Assembly: GCA_025786725.1 (NCBI GenBank)
Contig: JAHLTZ010000051.1
Span: forward strand, 48,797-112,796
DNA: 64,000 nt
Source of the DNA: Syncephalis fuscata S228
Lineage: Eukaryota > Fungi > Zoopagomycota
Direction: 5' to 3'
A program made the translations under genes and the position numbers. Position 1 is the stretch's first letter. Each line of letters starts with the position of its first letter. Shown piece after piece: positions 55,984-64,000 of the stretch. Under the pieces are notes generated by a model, which saw only the letters and a program-made list of their open reading frames with translations, searched no databases and had not been told where the DNA came from.

Positions 55984-57428
55984 GAATAACATGGTCCACA
56001 CACTTTTATATTACAACTAAAAGGAATAGCACACAGCACACATTTATTAGTATAAGCAATACAGCTAACTAAATAAATTACTGATATTGCTGCTAATTGG
56101 ATGCTATATTTGTAGTTGTACTAGCATGCTAGCTTATTATTCAAAAAGTGGCATTGTGACATTACATTGTCTACAGATGCTATAGAATATAACTAAAAAT
56201 AGCTTTATTGTATTAATAAAGATATGGACCATGGCAAAAAGAAAAGTCTAGAATCCTAGTTTACATATACATCTCCAGTACAAGTAAATAGAGTCAAAAC
56301 AGTATCGAGTAAAACGCATAATTTGCGTTGGCTCAAGTTTCCAGTAGTGATCATATTAGATTGCTGAACAGTTAGTAATATATTGATTCTTACGACCCGT
56401 GCATGTTAGTACAGTATGCATAATCGCAATTTCAGCAGACATTCGCTAATGTATGTTATTTCGTATTAGTAAGTGTTCAGTAAGATACAATAGTATTTAC
56501 CTTTATAATGGTCACTACGTCGTCTTGATAAATTTAAATAAATATCTATAGCATTCAACAGTACACATGCAATCATAGCAAAACAACTGCATCAGGAATG
56601 GCCTATTTGATGTATGTTGACGACCTAGACTCCCACCCATCAGCGTCGGTCTATACGGTCTTCAGCTATCATAATCATGATGTGCCGTGGTTGCTGTTTT
56701 ACCATTGCTTATAACACAAGCAATATCAGAAAACTATTCATCCAGGCGACATACATGACTAGATAAACAGAAACGAACAACCAATAACGCTGAGCCCATA
56801 CCCACGTCTAGGCCACCTATAACAAATAAGAAATCTAAAATGCAATAACAGCAGTGCAATAGCACACTGTTGCGATATTATACAGCCAACACAACTACAC
56901 CACCATTCTAGACAGTTAAAGACAACAGCTTAGATGGCACAAACAGTATAGCACCTTAAACCAAAGTTGTGCCAATTAAGGCGCTTTAACTGCTAAAACA
57001 ACAATACATTATGACAACTGCTTAACATAACCCACAAGCAAGGAATAGTGATATGTATATACGCACACCTGAGTGTATATACAAGCACCACCATACAATA
57101 CACATAGTGTTCTACAGCATAGATTAGGTTGTTTGACGTTGTACCATCGATCTTCTCAGGTTATAACGAGTGAGTACCTTCTAGACAGCTTAAAGTATCC
57201 CGAGCAGTTGCATATTGTATGGTTCACAGCAAGCAGTTTACAGTGTGCCATATAAATATTTGAATAATACTTAGCATTCCAGTCTACGAATGTACAGAAT
57301 GACGGAATGTGTTAGTAATTAGTTAAAGAATAGTGTAGAAATAAAAGGCGTAGTTGAGGTTATGGATTCAGTGAGTAATGCAAGTGCTTTATATAGGCCA
57401 TTGTATGTATTAGTGCGAAAGCAGGCAT

Positions 57429-58337
57429 TTAATACCATCCAATGAATTGAATCCATCGGTCACAATGAGACAGACAAAAAAGCGGAATAAACCAGCTTAA
57501 AGAAGGGAATGCTGTGTGATATCGTGTAGCGTACATGGCTAACTCACTAAGAAAGCACGTCATTGCAAGACAGAGTGCCACTTTATCCAATTGAACCGTG
57601 CGATGGTTCGGCGAAACAAAAAATGTTCGAATGCGGATGTAGAGCTTACTGGAAAATTGTTCAGTGTGTGTGGACAGGCAATGCCGATACGAGTTGCCTA
57701 TCATGGTAGTACAATCGCGGAACTAACTGAATCAGGGTAGCTGCTTTTGAATCGGGGTAACACCTTTTTTAATGAGCGTGCATATACTAGTGCCAGCAAA
57801 TATACAAGCTAATTAGAAAGATTAGCACACTGTGTGTATTGTGTATTAGAATTTAAAAACAATTATGCTATTTATAACATCATCAGTTGATGAATATGCA
57901 TGATCAACTTAAAATTAATTAATACCTAACATATTAACCGGTATTTAGTAACCTTAAATAAAACCAAACACTTTGTTTTTCATAAACCAAATTTCTGGGG
58001 TTTTTTCAAAGTTGCGTTCCCGAGTACGTGTAACCGTCCATTTACGAACAGTTTCATCCAGCTGACGACTTTCTTTGTCAAAAAGCCGCTGTTCAAATCG
58101 GAGTTTAAATTGCACCAATGTTGCAACATCGTCCATGTTCATAATCAATTTATCGTACACCATCAATAGTATATGTTTATATAATTTCATATAAGCATTC
58201 TGCCACATTGTGGCTACAAAATGAGACTAATAAACACTATTTAATATTCAAATGAGCTGTTGTCTCGTATTGCTTATATCTGCAACATTTTCATAAAATT
58301 GTTTGGTATTCAAACTCCGATACAAATAATTCATCAT
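57429..58337 (-). pseudogene. Possible small or decayed gene divergent from kinase 2, no family recognised
   Basis: Coding-like ORF 57954-58208 (..FEQRLFDKESRQLDETVRKW..) preceded by a TTTTGTAG acceptor; further GC-richer block at 57430-57790. Confidence 0.3.
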
Positions 58338-58867
58338 TGGTGCACAGATGATACTTAGAATGTTAAGACCGGAAGTGGGTAAATCGCGCTAGTGTATGTG
58401 TGCGCACTGTCCGTATCCTAATCGGTTGATGGCGTTATCGCGGACAAAATCGCAAGTTCAGCTACAGTAGCTGGTGGTGTATGTTTCATATACTAGCCAA
58501 TTAAAAATTTTAAAATACATCAATGCCCTCAATCAGAGTTACGCAAATATACTCTGAATTACATGCAGTATTTGCCAGTGTAGCGATATTATCAAAAGTA
58601 AAGTGTGTGCGTCAGTTGAAACCATGTAATACTATATAAGCTTTTTATTTTGTGTAAAGACGCTGTACTTGCTTTTATCATATTATACTTACATTCTGCC
58701 TTTATCTTGCAGTATTTAAACAATTCTGAATATCTAAACTTATATATCATGGACAGCCCAAGTAATTCACTTAGCTGTAGCATACTACTTGTCTTTAAAT
58801 GATTCCCCTCCTTTCATTACCACCTTTGTTTTACCACCTTAGCTAAAACTGATACACCTCCGCTAAA

Positions 58868-61409
58868 ATGCTGTTGCTTGTGAGTTATCTGTAGCCGCTC
58901 AAGCAACAGCAACAGCACAACTGTCTACTCTTGCTTCACCACCTATTGCGTCCAACAACTCAGTAGGAGAGATTTACGAAAGACTCCCTACTGCATGGGC
59001 AGAAATGAGTGAAGCAGAGAAGGCAGAAACAGTAGGCTGGGTTGAGGTATTTGGCGTTGAAGGCATGGGTAAGTAAACACATTATTAATGAATAGTTAAA
59101 TTAACTATATATCTAAAGAGTTCCTGTTAAAACGGAACAAGCCGTTTACCCTTTCTCAAGATAACAAGTAAGCTATACAGCGCATAATAATGAGCTTTCA
59201 TTGCTATATTATGGTTTGCTATTGTATAGCAAATGTATACATTCAAGCTGCTTCTGGTTTGATTCGATACAACACTAATATATAACATTCTACAACTTTT
59301 ACTGATACAATGATTTATGTTATTTAGCACAGAAGAAGGTCAGGGGCCAGCAAGACTGAATACTTTGCATATTCATGGTAGTAGCATATAAATTTGTATT
59401 AAATAGTAACAACAATTATAACACATATTTAGGAGGAAATACCATGAATTAAGAGTAAGTAATTGCTATGCTAATCAATATTAGTACTAAATATGCTATT
59501 AGAATTTGATGGTCAACAACATCATTGGTAAATACAGTCATTAATAATTATACACAGCGCTGACTATGTATTTAGTGGATGGTAGGGAAATTCGGCAAGG
59601 AGCTACGGCTATTATAAAAAATAACAGCTACGTCCGGCTTGATGAAAATAATAGTTTTATTAATCTACAATAAACAAGGCTAACCATTACTAATACTAGT
59701 ACTTATGGTATACAAGATCAATAAGCTGGAATTGAGAATTAGCGACAAGAGTTGTGATTTCGGCACAGTAAGCTAATAGTATTTAGCTATAATAATTTAT
59801 GACAACTAACACAATGCTAGGTCGTCGGCATCAAATATGCTGTAACAGAGCAGTTGCTTGGCAGGTGAGTATTTGTCTAATTTAAACCATATTGTTTATA
59901 ACTTAGTTTAGTGGCTCTTTTGGTGACGTCTATTACAGGGAAACACGCGGTAATAAGACGCCCATTGCCGTTAAGATCTGCAATAAGAAGAAAATTATGA
60001 GCGCGATAGAAAATAACATTTTAAATGGTTTCAATGAAAAAAGGATGTAATCACCACTGCACAAAGCCACTCGAACATAATCAAGCTAGTTGATGCATGC
60101 GATACGGAAATGCACAACTACTTGATGTTTGAGTATGCAGCTGGTGGCGACCTGTTCGATTATTGCGTGCGCTATGGTCCGCTATCCGAACAGGAAGCCA
60201 AGCATATTTTCAAACAAGTGCTCGAAGGAGTCAAGGTAAGCAACAACTATATTTACTGATTTGTTACTAACTCTAAACCAGCATTTGCATAGTAAAGGCA
60301 TCGTACATTGTGGTAAATTAAAGATGGTATTTATTTACATAACTAACAAAACTATTGTTGTTGCAATGGCCATCGTTTAGATTTGAAGGTAATTAGCTAT
60401 GTTAATATATGTTAGTTTAATTCCAACCATGCACTAGCCAGAAAATGTCCTGGTTCGGCGTCCAGTCAAGTATCCGTCTATTTTAATTACGGATTTCGGC
60501 ACAGCGCGTGAACTTAACGCAGAAGCGCCCATGCTTGATAATATGTGTGGTACCACTAGCTACATGGCACGGATGTCATTCTTAGATCCAAGTTTGGAAA
60601 TCAGCTGGTTAAAAATATAGAAAAGTATGATGCTGATCTGGCAACTATGTTGAATGACAATTCCATGAGCAAGGCTATGGAAAAGAAGCCGACCAATGGA
60701 GTCTTGGTCTTATATTGCATTTTATGCTCACACGTAAGTATTTGCAGATTTGGTAGTTTTGTTAACTTATTGTTTGAATCTAGGCACTCTTCCATTTGAA
60801 ATTAAAGTCAATAACACATGTTTGATCCATATCATCAATATATTCAGCAATACACTAGATTTGACGATAGCTGGAATGGCATATCAACTGAAGGTAAGTA
60901 GCTTTATTCTAAAGTTACAAAAGAAACTAATGCAATTTATAGCGCAAAACTTAATTGGTGGTCTTTTAGCTATCGACCGTAACTTGCGCCTGACAGCCGA
61001 ACAGGCTTTAGAAAGTGCCTGGTTTACTGAATTGTCAGAAGAATTCAGTGAGTCAGAAGTGAGTCAAAGCGTACAAGAAGAAGAGGAAGAAGAAAAAGAA
61101 GTAGAAATAGAAGAAGAAGAAGAAGAAGAAGAACAAAAAGAAGAAATAAAAGCTGATAATGCAACAGAAGATACAACCACGAAGGTCGAACAACAAGAAG
61201 AGGTGGCTATAAAAGATGAAGCATCAGCCAAAGAAAAAGAAATAGTAACAAGCGACGCCGAAAAGAAAGTAAGCGAGAACTTAACTGCAACAAACGCGGA
61301 AGATAAAGCAGCCCAAGATCATGCTGTTGTCCCTATGGATCAACATGACGTTAAACGGTCCCACTCAACAAGTAGCGACCAACGTCCTGCCAAAAAATCA
61401 AAACTGTAA
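58868..61409 (+). CDS. Chk2/Mek1/Dun1-like kinase, paralog of kinase 1, with Glu-rich tail; several 1-bp frameshifts (kinase 2)
   Basis: LPTAW..GWVEVFG matches kinase 1 LPACW..GWVEVYG; LG.GSFGDV, IAVKI, HSNIIKL, EYAAGGDLFD, HC-DLK-PEN, DFGTA, CGTTSYMA, GYGKEADQWSLG, RLTAEQALESAWF; shared intron positions. Confidence 0.85.
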
Positions 61410-61509
61410 GTGTTTATTGACATGATCTGTTACACGTACTAATTCAACAATTGTCAGGCAATATTTTGTAAATAGCTTGTTCTACTCAGTATTCATATGT
61501 TAAATAAAT

Positions 61510-64000
61510 ATTAAATTTCAATACAACGTGATTAGCATATTTTATGTATGTTGTCATAAACTATTCTATACCATTTTATTAACTATATAATGTAATTTGG
61601 GAACAAATGAGTAAGTATAACAGTATTCGTGTAATTAAACTAGATATTTGTTCTATCGAACATGGACGGGTGGTGAGTTTTATTCAATGCTCAAATCGTT
61701 TAATCATACTGTTTGTTTGGTGGTTAAATGATTATATTTAATAACACTTAATTTATTGGACATGATGGTAGATGATGAATGACATCAATCATCAAATACC
61801 CATCATCATAAATCCATTATCCAGTATGCATATACTCAGTACGCATATATACTCTATTCACCTATATCATTTCTATTTCGCTCCACACTACTATATACCG
61901 TTATATGATATACTAGACACTTCTAATTATTATATGCAGCAATAAACTTTACTCTCTCCGCTCATCACACTATATGCACTGTAACTTTAACACCACTTTT
62001 ATGATTTCTTACGTATATTTATTACTTCATATGCATTCTATACTCGCCTATTCTTCCTTTATCCAATGCTACTTTTATTTTTGTTCTAGCTTTATTATTT
62101 ATAAAGTTCGACTAATGTCGGCCATTGATCATGCATATATGCTTAGTAACTATACCACTGCTGTCCATACTTTTTAATTTGTATATTATTTTATTATTCA
62201 GTAAATACGCGCTAGCTATTACCGTTGTGTGTTTGGTTCTAGCATTATTATAAAAGTTTACGCAAGTTGCTCATCTGCTCATGCATATATGCTCGATAGC
62301 TTTAACAAAGCTAGTTGCTTTTAATTAGCATAACTGATAGCTGTTATGCTATTTATTGTACAGTTACTATGCGCATCAATAACTACTGTCAGCTTGACGC
62401 CAGCTTTAATATTGACAAGTTTGACTTGTTTCGCTTAGTCATTCCTTCCCAAGGCGCACTATAGCTTTAATGCTGCTATCATACAATTACTTTTGGTATT
62501 TATTTGCTCTATATTATTGTATGCTTAATGGCTATGCTTTATTTGCAGAAGCTATACGTTTCTTGTTAGCTGTTTGTTGCAAAGTTTAGCTCTGAGCACT
62601 TCTTTTACTTATTACACAAACGCGCAAGTATAATAACCTTCTTACACCGCTAATGCTCTTTTTACTGTTTTCCAGCACCGATATGTTGCAATGGTATGAG
62701 ACGAGCCATTGATGAACTGGTATAAGCTATTACACCAAATAAAGCTTGTTATTACAAAATAGATATTCGCTATGGGTGTGTGTATACGTGGTTTAAAAGT
62801 GTCGTATAGCTTATTGCAGAGTAGTCATGTATTGTGCTATAGCTACTTGAGCATAAGGACAAAGTGTACGTATATTTACGATGTGGCCGTAGACAGTGCT
62901 GGTTACTCTATTCGACGCAATTAAAAGCAATAATAAACTTGGCCAAAAATTTGCCCTAAGATTTATTAGATGGATTGCATTAGTATTCAACATATAAGCC
63001 ATTGGTATTTACTGTAACTACAAGCTTGAAACTGGTCCCATTTAGCTGCTTTGAATGCTGCCTAGATGATCAGCATTGTTTAAAATAAAGCCATACTTGA
63101 TATTGCCAAATAAACAAACTTACTATGTTATTTTTAAAGTTTAGCATATATCATTTATACGCTTAATCGGTTAAGCCGTGTAATCAGATTTAATCCATCA
63201 GTTATGCGTTGTAAAGAGCTTACCAATATTAATGTTCAGACAAGTAATGATAGCAATAAAGACTTTTACAATAGGTGTACAAGAAAACACATGGTTTACT
63301 ACATATTACACTAATAGTTACATGCACTGAAGATCCTATTGAAAAGCTGTATTTGTTTATACTGAGACTAAAGCAATTATGTAGTACATTGGTCATAGAC
63401 GGTTTTAGATGACTCATGTTTTATTACGACATTTTCCACAACTATCACAGTATATAAGCTGGCTTTACCGCTCCTCCAAACCAACATTGCACCTTTATCT
63501 TCTCTTTCTACTCTTTACCACTCGATATACGCTACACTCATTCGCTCTTACTGCCATTTGTTGTCCAATATGCTTTGCACTCGCTAGACGTCTAATGATT
63601 ACAAGATCACTGCTGGTTGCTGCTATATGTACTAAGGTCGGTAAACGGGCGTGGGTGGTGCGATGCAGTTGTGCCTTTTGGCTATGGAGCGCTGGATATG
63701 TAGTGTTCTAGAAGCTATATATCACGCAGTGTGTACTCCAGCATGCTGTAGAAGGCGCTTGTCTGCACATAGTTGATTGGTCTTTTGGTATAGTAACATT
63801 GGTACGCTTACCATGTGTTTGTTTGCGAGGTTACCTTGCGGAGTATCTGGCTGTTGAGGCGACATAAGGTTTGCGCTTGAAGATATCTGATATCTGATGG
63901 TGCAGAGCAAATGTTGTTTGGACAACACTACTTATTGCAGTGTAGTCAAGCAGCAAACATCATTGGCACATGTGGCTCATCTCGTTTACTGACCCTCTTA
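61510..64000 (+). repeat. Right arm of the long inverted repeat, runs off the window
   Basis: Starts ATTAAATTTCAATACAACGTGATT, the reverse complement of sequence ending at 55983; the match continues to the last bases (to 53471). Confidence 0.97.

Noticed and set aside
56570-56612. IIAKQ-ASGMAYL peptide resembling a kinase helix E
   Set aside because: Needs a frameshift and no catalytic-loop or DFG motif follows

Overview
Eukaryotic genomic DNA from an intron-rich, AT-rich fungus. Introns of about 50 bp, a Crinkler effector and an EF-hand proline dehydrogenase point to an early-diverging lineage, possibly Zoopagomycota (inference). Recognisable genes: PUT1, a GPI-anchored protein, two paralogous Chk2/Mek1-like non-RD kinases with a probable degenerate FHA domain, ALDH7A1, CCP1, GCN1 and one orphan ORF. 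The first 7.6 kb is bounded by 41-bp terminal inverted repeats and carries a Crinkler (Ubl-NTPase-REase) gene, a dead MULE transposase and an LRR relic. The most unusual aspect is the intergenic DNA, which is built from fold-back structures. (1) A double-palindrome module is present twice, 25 kb apart; the two arms of each copy share private mutations and one loop is inverted between the copies. (2) A near-identical inverted repeat with arms of at least 2.5 kb brackets one kinase gene. (3) About 14 copies of one conserved terminus ('M') sit at gene/repeat boundaries in both orientations. (4) Duplicated gene relics have decayed almost only by transitions, many at CpG. Many single-base frameshifts in conserved genes are probably long-read consensus errors. 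All alignments were done by eye, and repeat boundaries are approximate unless stated.
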